IMG/VR virus record: IMGVR_UViG_3300008262_000040
DNA length: 64,000 bases
From: a virus
Reading direction: 5' to 3' (one strand)
Shown here: positions 36,701-45,815 of the stretch, piece by piece
How the letters are laid out: the number at the start of each line of letters is the position of its first letter
How positions within the stretch are numbered: the first letter of the stretch is position 1
The notes under the pieces: generated by a model
The model's input: only the letters and a program-made list of their open reading frames with translations
Told to the model about the DNA's origin: nothing
Database searches by the model: none
Translations under genes and position numbers: made by a program

Positions 36701-38797
36701 TTATTGTGCTTTCAATTCTTGTACCTCTATTCTTATTTCAGAACCTGAGAATCTAAATACTAATTTGGTTGAATAGCTCTTTTTTCCTAGTTTGGTTACG
36801 TAAGACAGTAAGAAGCCAGCCTGTTTGGGAGAATCTACAAGCGTCATTTTTGTGCTACTCGAGTCAATATCTACTTCTGCTTTAGCATCGAAATAATCGG
36901 CGTGGCCCATTAAAGATTTAGAGCTACCTATTACTTTATAAAAGCTTGGACTTAACCCAGCTTCTGCAATTGCAAATGCGGTTAACGCAACAAATGGATT
37001 TGATACTTCTTGTATTTTTTTATATGCAGGAGATATTTTAGCATTCTTGTCTGTCCACCTATCAATTATCAAACTCGCTAATTCGTATGTAGCAGTTTTC
37101 ATTGATAGTACTTTTATGAAATCTTCGTTCTCTTTTTCTATTTCTTTAGAAAACTTACTGCTATCTTCTGCACTTACTTCTATTTTGTATTTTTTTATAT
37201 CGCTTATAAATTTATCTCTACTATTTGTAAAAGACTTTTTAACCTTTGCAGTAGAGTCTGAACCTGTTAGTTTAGATTTTATAGTTTTTATAGCTGATTC
37301 TAGATCATCAAAAATAGTTTTATTAGCCTTATAAAAAGCGTCTTCTGACTTATATTCAGGTTTTATCCCGTCTGTTTTTATTTTTGGTTTTCCAACTGCT
37401 TGAAGTATTGAATTTACTGAGCCGTGTAGCTTTTTATCTTTTGTGATAGAATTTATGTAGCTTTGAGAACGTTTGCCTCCTCTTTTTGGTCCATAGAAAT
37501 AATCTTCGAATCTAGCTATTTTTGCTGAGATCTTTGCCAAATCTTTATTGTCAGATGTACCGTATTTATCATTAGGATCTACGTTTGCATCAAAAGAGTT
37601 ACTAAATACTGTATTAGCGAACGTTGTCGCTTTACCCGCTTGAGCTTTTTCTTCTTTTAATGATACAGCAATTATATCTCCATTTTTTTCAAATTGATGA
37701 TTTATACTATCTTTTCCTATATTTACTGTATCAGCCTTTAAACAATTTGATATACCAGCTTGATTTATAACTAGGTAAACGTCCCCTGGACACCAATTAT
37801 CCGCTTGTAATGATATGTTATATTGTTCTTTTACTAGCGAAACAGCTTTTGTTCTGATTTTATCAAAGTCTTGGTTTCTTATTATTCTTCCTTCAGCTGA
37901 TACTTCTTTATGTATAGAAGCGGCTGCGGATATTGCATTTGTTAGTGTATCTATTTCTTGTCCGGTTAAAAATACATACTTAACATATAGATCAAGATTC
38001 TCTGGCATTGATTTTCCGGAGCCATAATATTGTTTATTTTTATTATATACTTGAGATATTTTATTAGTTACTTTTGTTACATCTTCTTCTTTTATTTCAC
38101 TTGCTGCTTGTTTTGTAGTAACTAACGCGTGTAGATCTTCTATTTCAGTCACCAATGAAGGTATTTTAAAAACGTCGTAAAATAGACAAACTAATCCCTC
38201 TTTTAAAGAAGTTTCGTTACCGGTTGATGGTCTACTAGCGCCTTTTACTGCTTCATTAAATAGTTGTCTTTTTAGTATTTCAGCCAATATCGAAGCTTCT
38301 TTCAATTCTTCTCCTCCCTCTGCTGGCGGTGTTTCTGGTGTTACTGTTTCTCCGCCTGTTTCGCCTTCCGCTGCTCCAGTGTCTTGCTCGGCGCCCTCTG
38401 GTCCTTTTGTTTTTAGCGGTGACCCAAAGCGTAAAAGTCTTGCGATTGCTTGCATACAAAGTTGCTTTTCTCCAAGCGTCATTAAGTAGTAGTTCTTACC
38501 TGATATTGTTGCTTGGTACGCCTTGTTTAGGTACGTCAAAAAGAAGTACTGGCCGTTGTGTAGCAATACTTTGAATGTGGTTGGTTTTGGTGCCACTATG
38601 AATATCGCATTGAGGTACTCTTTGAAAGAATCTGTCATCAGTTCAGTCAAGAGTTCGTTTAGGCTTGCGTACTTCTTTAGTATGAAGCCCATTGGATCTT
38701 GTTCAAAGGGAGTTAGTTCCTTTTTTTCTTCTTGTTCAGGTTGCTCTTTGTCAGCTTCGAGCAAAATCTGTTTTATTATTAGCGCGTCCAAGTTCAT
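36701..38797 (-). CDS. putative internal head protein with a PD-(D/E)xK-like nuclease domain
   Basis: Leader KQILLEA; acidic linker; then LKEGLVC...DNWCPGDVYL...IIAVSLKE, resembling the E...PD...SLK restriction-like core. Confidence 0.5.
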   Translation of the reverse strand: MNLDALIIKQILLEADKEQPEQEEKKELTPFEQDPMGFILKKYASLNELLTELMTDSFKEYLNAIFIVAPKPTTFKVLLHNGQYFFLTYLNKAYQATISGKNYYLMTLGEKQLCMQAIARLLRFGSPLKTKGPEGAEQDTGAAEGETGGETVTPETPPAEGGEELKEASILAEILKRQLFNEAVKGASRPSTGNETSLKEGLVCLFYDVFKIPSLVTEIEDLHALVTTKQAASEIKEEDVTKVTNKISQVYNKNKQYYGSGKSMPENLDLYVKYVFLTGQEIDTLTNAISAAASIHKEVSAEGRIIRNQDFDKIRTKAVSLVKEQYNISLQADNWCPGDVYLVINQAGISNCLKADTVNIGKDSINHQFEKNGDIIAVSLKEEKAQAGKATTFANTVFSNSFDANVDPNDKYGTSDNKDLAKISAKIARFEDYFYGPKRGGKRSQSYINSITKDKKLHGSVNSILQAVGKPKIKTDGIKPEYKSEDAFYKANKTIFDDLESAIKTIKSKLTGSDSTAKVKKSFTNSRDKFISDIKKYKIEVSAEDSSKFSKEIEKENEDFIKVLSMKTATYELASLIIDRWTDKNAKISPAYKKIQEVSNPFVALTAFAIAEAGLSPSFYKVIGSSKSLMGHADYFDAKAEVDIDSSSTKMTLVDSPKQAGFLLSYVTKLGKKSYSTKLVFRFSGSEIRIEVQELKAQ

Positions 38798-38814
38798 ATC
38801 TTATAAATATGCTT

Positions 38815-39531
38815 TTATTGTAGCTCGTGAAAGCCTTGGTTTGCTTGTTCTATGTAGTTCTCTGCGTTTGTTATGTGGTCCTGTATCCAACCTGGAATAT
38901 CTCTTTCCATTCCTCCAAGCTTGTCCATTAGTTGAGAAGCGTTGCTAACTATCTCCTTTAGACTGCTCATTGCCATTGCCACTTCGTGATCGCTTGACAT
39001 AGATGTTTCTGATATTATTTTACCATCTATTCTAATTACATAGCCTTTTGGGTATTTAGGATTTTTAATAAAATCGTATGTTATTTTCTTTCCTGGATTC
39101 TTTTGTTTAAGTCTAGCTAATACCATTCTTAATTCATCCATGTTTACGGTTTCTTTTTTTAGGGACTTTCCCTTTTTCATAGATCTTAGCTTTTCGAAGT
39201 CGGCCTTAGTTATCTTTCCTTTTGGTTCTGCTACGTCTATTTTTTCTTGATCTCCAGGTAAGTCAATGTTTTCTTCAAAATGGCTAGACTGTCTTCCTCC
39301 TTGAGGTTTTATTAAATCGGCCGCGTATTCTTTAGCTTGTTCAACTGATTTAAAACCAACTCTACCAACCATTTGTCCAGTTTTCAAGTCTTTTACTCCG
39401 TAAAAACCCGGTTTGCTATCATCGTGAATAAACAAATATTCGCCACGGTATCTGGATTGCATTTCTTTTGGCCACTCTGTTTGTTCTTCTAACAATTTAG
39501 TCCTAAAGCTTTGTATGTCTATATTTTTCAT
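38815..39531 (-). CDS. putative internal head protein (multi-module)
   Basis: Likely start MKNIDIQ at 39531; KLLEE, HFEEN, SLKKE and IISET sites separate short modules. Confidence 0.5.
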   Translation of the reverse strand: MKNIDIQSFRTKLLEEQTEWPKEMQSRYRGEYLFIHDDSKPGFYGVKDLKTGQMVGRVGFKSVEQAKEYAADLIKPQGGRQSSHFEENIDLPGDQEKIDVAEPKGKITKADFEKLRSMKKGKSLKKETVNMDELRMVLARLKQKNPGKKITYDFIKNPKYPKGYVIRIDGKIISETSMSSDHEVAMAMSSLKEIVSNASQLMDKLGGMERDIPGWIQDHITNAENYIEQANQGFHELQ

Positions 39532-39532
39532 T

Positions 39533-39805
39533 TTATTTCTTTTTGCTTTTTCTCGCTTTTTTCCATAGTCCTTTGTCGGCTTTCCTCGCACCGCCTTTTC
39601 CAGTAACGAAGCTGTTAACTCTGCCCATAGCCCATTGGTGTTGGCTCGCTCCCGGTCTGTGTCCCCTTTTCCAGGCAGCCAAACCTTTTTCGTATACTTG
39701 CTTAAGTACAGTCTTTGATATTCCAGTAGCTTTTGCTTTGTTTGCCAACGCTTTTTCTACGTTAGCTGAAAACGCTTCGTTTAGTATTTGTAGTAGGCTT
39801 ATCAT
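39533..39805 (-). CDS. small basic viral protein (DUF5824-like) with cargo-type leader
   Basis: MISLLQILNEA leader; LKQVYEKGLAAWKRGHRPGASQHQWAMGRVNSF. Confidence 0.55.
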   Translation of the reverse strand: MISLLQILNEAFSANVEKALANKAKATGISKTVLKQVYEKGLAAWKRGHRPGASQHQWAMGRVNSFVTGKGGARKADKGLWKKARKSKKK

Positions 39806-40059
39806 TTGCTTTTACCGAATCTTTTTTCGTAAGCTGTGGTAGCTTTCGATTTTTTTGTTTTGTATTTTTTCTTCTTATCTTTGTCTGCGTAATCAGCTTC
39901 CCATTTACAGTAAGCTGAAGGATCTTTATCGCTCAACTTAGACGTCCTCTCTATCTCACGCTTCATTGCGGCTTTATCCTTTGTTAGGTACGCCTTCTTG
40001 ACTTTTATGCCCGACTTTGTCCTTTCTGCCTCAAATAGTATGGCTAATAAGCTAATCAT
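39802..40059 (-). CDS. small basic protein with cargo-type leader
   Basis: MISLLAILFEA leader; Lys-rich. Confidence 0.6.
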   Translation of the reverse strand: MISLLAILFEAERTKSGIKVKKAYLTKDKAAMKREIERTSKLSDKDPSAYCKWEADYADKDKKKKYKTKKSKATTAYEKRFGKSK

Positions 40060-40262
40060 TTTTTAGATAGTTTTCTGAATAATAAATACAAGCCAAGAAA
40101 CAAAAGCGCAACGGAATAGAAAAGTAAATCCGTAATCCAATAAGAACCTGTCCAGTCCATCACTAGTTTGAATAGTGCGTCGAAGCCAAGCGGGTTGAAA
40201 AACATCGCCAGCATCAGACACGTTGTAGCTACGTTGCTTAAGAATTTGGATCTCCAAGTCAT
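40056..40262 (-). CDS. small two-TM membrane protein
   Basis: Two hydrophobic helices; ATGA-coupled to the downstream gene. Confidence 0.55.
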   Translation of the reverse strand: MTWRSKFLSNVATTCLMLAMFFNPLGFDALFKLVMDWTGSYWITDLLFYSVALLFLGLYLLFRKLSKK

Positions 40263-40329
40263 TTAGTTTCTTTTGAATTTTACTATCAGCTTCCATAAAT
40301 GGATTTTGGTGAACAATATCTTAACTAGC

Positions 40330-40593
40330 TTACAGCTTTGTTATCTTTATCCTTAGCTTTCCTGTGCCTTTTATGGTTCGGTGCCAAGCGTGTTTAGGTA
40401 TAAATATGGGTTTATCTAGAGAAATCGGTAATTCGTTGTCAAATTGTACGAGCCAATCGGTGGGCTCTACAGCTTCTATTATTCGGTGCTCGTTGTCCCT
40501 GTGCCACATGAGTTCTATAGGGTCTATGTTCTCGTCGAACTCTCTTATAACGCAACTATTGTCTTCTATTGTATCTGTGTATGGTCTTTCCAT
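40330..40593 (-). CDS. small cupin-fold protein
   Basis: WHRDNEHR...IFIPKHAWHRTIKG metal-binding cupin pattern. Confidence 0.6.
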   Translation of the reverse strand: MERPYTDTIEDNSCVIREFDENIDPIELMWHRDNEHRIIEAVEPTDWLVQFDNELPISLDKPIFIPKHAWHRTIKGTGKLRIKITKL

Positions 40594-40602
40594 AGCTTAG
40601 TA

Positions 40603-41898
40603 TTACCAAAAGCCTGTGAAGTTTGATTTGAGTCCCAATAGGCTTGCATACCGTGGAAGTCTGCAACTCCAGTATTTTGGTGTGGTCTTGTCTTTTGCTT
40701 GGGAACACTTGTGTCTTGCTGCGAACGACTTCCTCGCCTCTGGATTGTTTATCTTTGCGCTTAAGCCAGTGGTGTCTCCAAAAGTCAGCTTCTTTATTCC
40801 TCCACCAGGCTTTCTAACGTAAACGTAGAACTTTTTGGGTCCTCCGCGCTTGGGTTTGTTTAGCTCTGGTTGCTTTTTCTTTGACTTGCTTTTGACTTCC
40901 ATCAAGAATTCTAGAGTCATAGGAAAGTCTAACGGCACTCTTACGCCTTCGTACATTCCCCATTTTCCTAGATCTGTATTGTTGAAGTACCACTCATCTT
41001 GTTCTGATAATTGCAGCTTATTGTTTTCGTATAAAACTCTAGCTTCTTCAAACAGTTCAAGAAACTTGGACGATTGCGGTCTGTATATTGATTCGTTAAG
41101 ATCTATCTTATTGTCTAAGTGGTAGATCATGCCTTCGGATAGCAACAGTCTATTCGCTGTTTCATTCAAAGATATTGATCTTGAACAACACTCTTCTCTT
41201 ACTAATTTTGCTAACATTGGGTTTCCTCCTGATTTTATTTTTTCGAAAGCGTCTTTAAAAGCATCTATAGTTGATTTTAAAGTATTGTATATCGTAGCTA
41301 TTCCTATTCCTATTTTTTCAAGCCAACTTTTTAACGAAGAGAATCCGCCTGTTACGAATCCACTTAGCGTTTCTATAGCTGCGTCTGATAGGTAGCTTTG
41401 CAAATATTTTAAAACCTCTTGTTTTATGCTATCTTTTGATAGATCTACGCTCTTAAATTTGTCGTAAAAAAATTTTGCTACTACGCTAAAACCTATTGAT
41501 GCTATTAACTTTCCTATAGGATTGCTAATATTCTTTATTTTTTGTAAAATATCGTTTAGTAGTTCGCCTTTTTGTATTTTTTGTAAAACCGCGTCTATTG
41601 TTTTTTTTATTTCGCTCTTTTCAAATGTTCTTATCAAAGAGTTAGCGAAATTGGTAGATAGTCCGTCTTTTATAACGGTGTAGAGAGTAGATGCAAAATC
41701 CTTAAAGTCTTTAAACCCCTTTAAAAAACTATCTGTTACATTTCCAGCAAAAGATTTCAACGTATCTATAAAACCTTCGTATAACAGCTGTTGTTCTACT
41801 ATTAACGGAAGTTTATCTTGCGGTATCGATATTGATTCGTTTAACGGAACTTCTATACCTAAAACATATTTTATATGATGTCTAGATAAATTATGCAT
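40603..41898 (-). CDS. putative multi-module internal head protein
   Basis: Amphipathic N-terminal region; several L-x-E sites; basic C-terminal domain KKFYVYV...TFGD...ARKSFAARHKC...YWSC. Confidence 0.5.
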   Translation of the reverse strand: MHNLSRHHIKYVLGIEVPLNESISIPQDKLPLIVEQQLLYEGFIDTLKSFAGNVTDSFLKGFKDFKDFASTLYTVIKDGLSTNFANSLIRTFEKSEIKKTIDAVLQKIQKGELLNDILQKIKNISNPIGKLIASIGFSVVAKFFYDKFKSVDLSKDSIKQEVLKYLQSYLSDAAIETLSGFVTGGFSSLKSWLEKIGIGIATIYNTLKSTIDAFKDAFEKIKSGGNPMLAKLVREECCSRSISLNETANRLLLSEGMIYHLDNKIDLNESIYRPQSSKFLELFEEARVLYENNKLQLSEQDEWYFNNTDLGKWGMYEGVRVPLDFPMTLEFLMEVKSKSKKKQPELNKPKRGGPKKFYVYVRKPGGGIKKLTFGDTTGLSAKINNPEARKSFAARHKCSQAKDKTTPKYWSCRLPRYASLLGLKSNFTGFW

Positions 41899-41906
41899 GT
41901 TCTCGT

Positions 41907-42185
41907 TTACTTAAACTTTGCATTTATAGAATTTATCACAGCGGATCTGTTAGATACAGTCATTTGTGGTAAAAGTTCTATTATTTTATTTAAAACGTCA
42001 GAAATTTCTTGTTGATTCTTAATGCCTTTTATTAGATCCATCAAAGGAGCGTTCGATTCCATTCTTTTTGCTATAGTTTTACCAGTGCTAGTTTTTAGCT
42101 TTGTTTGAGCTGGTTGGGTTGGCGCGATTGGTTGTTCGTTTACCTCATTTTCTTTCAATATATCAAACAGTTTTATGTGTTTCAT
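41907..42185 (-). CDS. small protein with cargo-type leader
   Basis: MKHIKLFDILKENEVNE. Confidence 0.6.
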   Translation of the reverse strand: MKHIKLFDILKENEVNEQPIAPTQPAQTKLKTSTGKTIAKRMESNAPLMDLIKGIKNQQEISDVLNKIIELLPQMTVSNRSAVINSINAKFK

Positions 42186-42205
42186 CGTTTATTATTCTTT
42201 TAATA

Positions 42206-42649
42206 TTAAAATTTTTCATTAGCTATTTGATACAATAAAGATTGTTGAGCTTTTAGATAACCAGTGCTACTTCCAGATTCTTCATCGTATCCTTTATATA
42301 CGCTACCTTCTTTTCTAGCTATAATCACTTGTAGTTGATTAGGTTCTATACTTATTATACTTTGAGTACTATACTTATCTTTTGTGTTTACACCTTTTGA
42401 GATCATATTGTTTCTGTTACCTAAAAATTCTTTGGCTAGTTTAACTAATTCTTGAGCTTCTGGTACAGACAGTGTTATTTGATTATCTTCGAATCCTGCG
42501 CCTAACACGCTAAGAGTTATTTGTTCGTTTCCCTCTTCGCTTTTTGTTTTTAATACGCGAAGTTGATCAACAGCTTCATCTATTTTATTTTCTTTTAAAA
42601 TACCAGCTAACTGCTGCATTCTTTTGATCTCTTTAATCGATTGTTTCAT
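42206..42649 (-). CDS. protein with scaffold-like QQLAGI leader
   Basis: MKQSIKEIKRMQQLAGILKENKIDEA. Confidence 0.6.
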   Translation of the reverse strand: MKQSIKEIKRMQQLAGILKENKIDEAVDQLRVLKTKSEEGNEQITLSVLGAGFEDNQITLSVPEAQELVKLAKEFLGNRNNMISKGVNTKDKYSTQSIISIEPNQLQVIIARKEGSVYKGYDEESGSSTGYLKAQQSLLYQIANEKF

Positions 42650-42650
42650 C

Positions 42651-43022
42651 TTATTGCAAGTTTTTAAGCTTGTATTTGGTTGTTTCTATAAGATCAACTA
42701 TGGTATCAACTTGGTTCTGTACGTACGAGTCCTGTGGAATTGCTTTTCTAGCTGTCTCTACGAACTTACAAAGTGATTCGAAGTAGGACACAAAGCCGTT
42801 GTCTTCTTTTATAGCTCCTACCATTTGGTACCCTTTAATTATACCGTAACGGCCCTGTATTCCCTCTGCTACAGCATCTACCAAAGGTACTATTCCTTCG
42901 TAATATGCTTGTAGAGCGAGATGTGCAGCGTGAGATCCAGGTCCTGTAACCTGAAGGTGGTAAATGTGGGCTTGGTTTCTGCTCTGCATCAACGTCCCTA
43001 AGAATAGTCCTACTGTTTCCAT
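42651..43022 (-). CDS. ferritin/Dps-like four-helix protein
   Basis: AHIYHLQVTG...AHLAL..YYE.....D.VAE..QGRYG resembles Dps ferroxidase motifs. Confidence 0.65.
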   Translation of the reverse strand: METVGLFLGTLMQSRNQAHIYHLQVTGPGSHAAHLALQAYYEGIVPLVDAVAEGIQGRYGIIKGYQMVGAIKEDNGFVSYFESLCKFVETARKAIPQDSYVQNQVDTIVDLIETTKYKLKNLQ

Positions 43023-43025
43023 GGT

Positions 43026-43646
43026 TTATTTTTTTTCTTTTTTATCCTCTTTCTTCTCGATCTCTTTCTTGCTCTTCTCTATCTTTTCGAGTTTTGTTAT
43101 GTAATCGTCTATCTTTGTAGCGAGATCAGCTATGGCTGTTTTGTGTTCGCTAGCGTTCTTTGGATCTTCTTTAGCTGCGTCCATGTGCTCCTTACGCTTC
43201 TTCTCAAGCTTATCTATTGCTTTCTTTAGCTTCTCTGTAGTATTGCCCTTCTTCTCCTCAAGCATTTTTACGCCCTCTTCGTACTCCATGCACACCTTTT
43301 CAGCTATCATTTTTGCTACATCAGCACTGGGATAGACCCCGTGCACTTGGTCAGGAGTTATTTCTGTTCCTGATATTCCATTAAGCGGATCGATTGGAGC
43401 TACCAGTGAGTCTGGGGTGCATCCGGGGTGAGCCATTTTAACAACAAACAGTTCGCGTATGGCACCGTCTTCAACGCTTTCGTTCTTTTTAGTTTTTTTA
43501 GGTTTAGAAGCCATCTTACTTAGCTCTTTTTCGCTAGTGTTTTTTGCTATATCTGCTACTTTTTTGCTTATTGGTTCAGATTCTCCGCGTTTTACCGCTA
43601 GAGCGGCACCAAATAATTTTCGCTGTTTTTCGTTAGACGTAGGCAT
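43026..43646 (-). CDS. protein with DUF3008-like N-terminus and coiled-coil C-terminus
   Basis: MPTSNEKQRKLFGAALAVKRGE...SEKELSKMAS. Confidence 0.55.
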   Translation of the reverse strand: MPTSNEKQRKLFGAALAVKRGESEPISKKVADIAKNTSEKELSKMASKPKKTKKNESVEDGAIRELFVVKMAHPGCTPDSLVAPIDPLNGISGTEITPDQVHGVYPSADVAKMIAEKVCMEYEEGVKMLEEKKGNTTEKLKKAIDKLEKKRKEHMDAAKEDPKNASEHKTAIADLATKIDDYITKLEKIEKSKKEIEKKEDKKEKK

Positions 43647-43661
43647 TTTAATTCTTTTTTA

Positions 43662-43925
43662 TTATTGGTATTGTTTTATACGTTTTACTAGCTGTGCCAT
43701 TTTTTGTTTAAGTAAACCGAAGTCTATTGTGAAACCTGGGTGTTGTTTACTTGGGTCTAAATAAAAATTAAGATCGTCACGTAGGTCTTCCATAGCGTTA
43801 ATAACCCACGGATGAGCGTTTGCTTGATGACCAATTTCATTTACAGTCTGTTCTTTTAATTCAAAATCTGTATTTTTTATACCCGCTAATTTTTGTAAAG
43901 ATATTTTTTCGAATGATGTTTCCAT
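43662..43925 (-). CDS. small protein with scaffold-like QKLAGI leader
   Basis: Likely start METSFEKISLQKLAGIK at 43925, just below the ATATTTAT motif (43944-43952). Confidence 0.6.
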   Translation of the reverse strand: METSFEKISLQKLAGIKNTDFELKEQTVNEIGHQANAHPWVINAMEDLRDDLNFYLDPSKQHPGFTIDFGLLKQKMAQLVKRIKQYQ

Positions 43926-43951
43926 ATAATAGTTATTATTATCTATAAATA

Positions 43952-44524
43952 TCAGTCGTTTTCTTCTTTTATTTTGGCCAATTGTTTTTTGACCTGTTCG
44001 TACATCTCTTTTTTGTTTCCTCCCTTCCAAGCTTCTACGTCTCCGGCCTCTGTAACGTACGATTCGTTTTCGTTGTACCAAGCTTCCAAAGCAGCTTCAA
44101 CGTCTTTTAAATATGTCTCGTGGTTGTTCTTAACTATCTGCTTACCGTACTCTTCGAACTGGTTTGTTAGCTTAAGCTGTTGTTCCATTTCTATAACGCA
44201 GTCGAAGCACATCGTATGAATAGAATACATTTTCTTGTTAAGATCGTTAAGCTTCATCGGTTTGTTGCACTTAGGACAGCATATCGGCATCACAACCAGC
44301 TTTTTAAACTTGTCCATAGCGGTTACCGTCTGTTTTATTCCGTCTTTTATGGTCCACTGTTTACCATTCTCTTCCCAAACGTCGCCCTCTTTATGTTCTA
44401 TGTTTTGTTTTTGGTAACCTGCTAATACCTGCGTTCTTTCACCAGCTTTACCTGTGATGATGTTACGCATTCGCTGTACGTCTTTCTTGTTGAATTCTTT
44501 CTTTAAACTTGATTGTTCTTTCAT
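43952..44524 (-). CDS. zinc-finger-containing phage protein
   Basis: CPKC...CFDC; HKEGDVWEENGKQWTIKDG. Confidence 0.6.
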   Translation of the reverse strand: MKEQSSLKKEFNKKDVQRMRNIITGKAGERTQVLAGYQKQNIEHKEGDVWEENGKQWTIKDGIKQTVTAMDKFKKLVVMPICCPKCNKPMKLNDLNKKMYSIHTMCFDCVIEMEQQLKLTNQFEEYGKQIVKNNHETYLKDVEAALEAWYNENESYVTEAGDVEAWKGGNKKEMYEQVKKQLAKIKEEND

Positions 44525-44543
44525 AACGTTATTTTTGTTTTGT

Positions 44544-44783
44544 TTATGCTTTGTGCCACCAATCGCAACAATATTGATTTCCTGAGTGCGGTATCTTGGC
44601 TTTGCCTTTGTTCCATCTCAACCAATATTCGTTCTTGCACATGTTTCCTTCCTTTATCCAGTACTCGCAGTTAGCGCACATTGAGCCACCGGTTGGTACT
44701 TTTAGACCAGGCACATGGTTGTCTGGGTACTCTATGGACCCAAGTCTTTTGCCTTCTTCTAGTATGTCAGTTAGCTTTATCAT
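44544..44783 (-). CDS. small Cys-rich (HiPIP-like pattern) protein with cargo-type leader
   Basis: MIKLTDILEE leader; CANCEYW...C...YCCDWW. Confidence 0.5.
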   Translation of the reverse strand: MIKLTDILEEGKRLGSIEYPDNHVPGLKVPTGGSMCANCEYWIKEGNMCKNEYWLRWNKGKAKIPHSGNQYCCDWWHKA

Positions 44784-44800
44784 TTTACAATATTTGAGAG

Positions 44801-44911
44801 TTATACTTTACACTTTTTGAGTATTATGTTGTTCTGTTCTACCCTTTTTTTACTTTTTAGACCGCTCTTTTTTGATTTTCTTGGAGACGGTTTTGCTTTT
44901 GCTCTTGCCAT
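44801..44911 (-). CDS. 36-aa basic protein (not in the ORF track)
   Basis: MARAKAKPSPRKSKKSGLKSKKRVEQNNIILKKCKV*; fills an intergenic gap. Confidence 0.6.
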   Translation of the reverse strand: MARAKAKPSPRKSKKSGLKSKKRVEQNNIILKKCKV

Positions 44912-44912
44912 T

Positions 44913-45809
44913 TTATTTCTTTTGATCCAGTATTTGTAATGCGTGAGATGTATCAGTTTGGTTTTCGTGTTTTATACCTATTCCACCTACAGCTTTCCAC
45001 GGTTTTAAGTTAACTCCGTAGTCGTCTATCAATACAGAGCGCTTTATCTCCTCTTCGCTCTTATCGGTTAAAACAGAGTGCTTATCTCCGGTCTGTTTAA
45101 ATATGACTTGCTTGGGTTTAGGACTCAAGTTCTTTTCTATCCACAACAATTTGCCCTCTTTTGCTTTTGTAAAGTTACTTGGACTAGAAAGTATTATTGT
45201 TCCGTGCTTGCCTATGCGCTTCCACAGGTTTTGACTTCCAGGAAACCACGGCATCTCTGACCAAAACTGAACTCCAGCATTCTCTACTGCTTTTTCAAAA
45301 GACGGTAGTCCTTTTTCGTCTATGTATTCTTTCGGTGACATGCCAAAGTACTTTTCAAACTGACCGTCAAAGTCACAGAGTACTCCGTCCATGTCGCAAT
45401 ACAGTTGATACTTTTTCAAGTCTTCCATCAACATACCCAAGCTTACGTTTTCGTATATGACTGGGTGTTGTCTTCCGTACGATCTTAGCAACACTCCTGC
45501 TTTAGAGTTCGCTTCGTTCTCTTCTGGTGAACCGTCTTTACCAGAGTCTGGCTTTAATACGCCACGCTCGTTTTGACTGTGGTGTATCAGCTCGTGTGCT
45601 AACGTTCTTAGACAATCAGCTAGGTTTCTATTGTTATCGTACACAACTATGGCTTTCTCTTGCGGATAGTAACCACCGAAGCTAAAATTGAATTTAACAA
45701 AGTTCTTATCCCTAGTTATTTTGATGCGAGGGGATTGCTTTATGCTTAACTCTCCGTAACAATACTTGAGAAAGTCCTTATATATCGATATTCTCTCTTG
45801 CTCTTGCAT
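44913..45809 (-). CDS. fusion of an HExxH metallopeptidase-like domain and a HAD 5'(3')-deoxyribonucleotidase-like domain
   Basis: RTLAHELIHHSQ...ENEAN; then LYCDMDGVLCDF...ILSSP...K..W...VLIDDY..N...W..VGGIGI. Confidence 0.8.
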   Translation of the reverse strand: MQEQERISIYKDFLKYCYGELSIKQSPRIKITRDKNFVKFNFSFGGYYPQEKAIVVYDNNRNLADCLRTLAHELIHHSQNERGVLKPDSGKDGSPEENEANSKAGVLLRSYGRQHPVIYENVSLGMLMEDLKKYQLYCDMDGVLCDFDGQFEKYFGMSPKEYIDEKGLPSFEKAVENAGVQFWSEMPWFPGSQNLWKRIGKHGTIILSSPSNFTKAKEGKLLWIEKNLSPKPKQVIFKQTGDKHSVLTDKSEEEIKRSVLIDDYGVNLKPWKAVGGIGIKHENQTDTSHALQILDQKK

Positions 45810-45815
45810 GCTTTA

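Noticed and set aside
40063-40296. Alternative 77-aa ORF overlapping the two-TM gene
   Set aside because: The 40056..40262 frame has coherent TM helices and ATGA coupling, so it is preferred, although the alternative is not excluded.
43926-44081. Arg-rich N-terminal extension of ORF 43662..44081 (also the extensions to 25881, 23970 and 39591)
   Set aside because: They overlap upstream genes or promoter motifs; downstream ATGs fit better.
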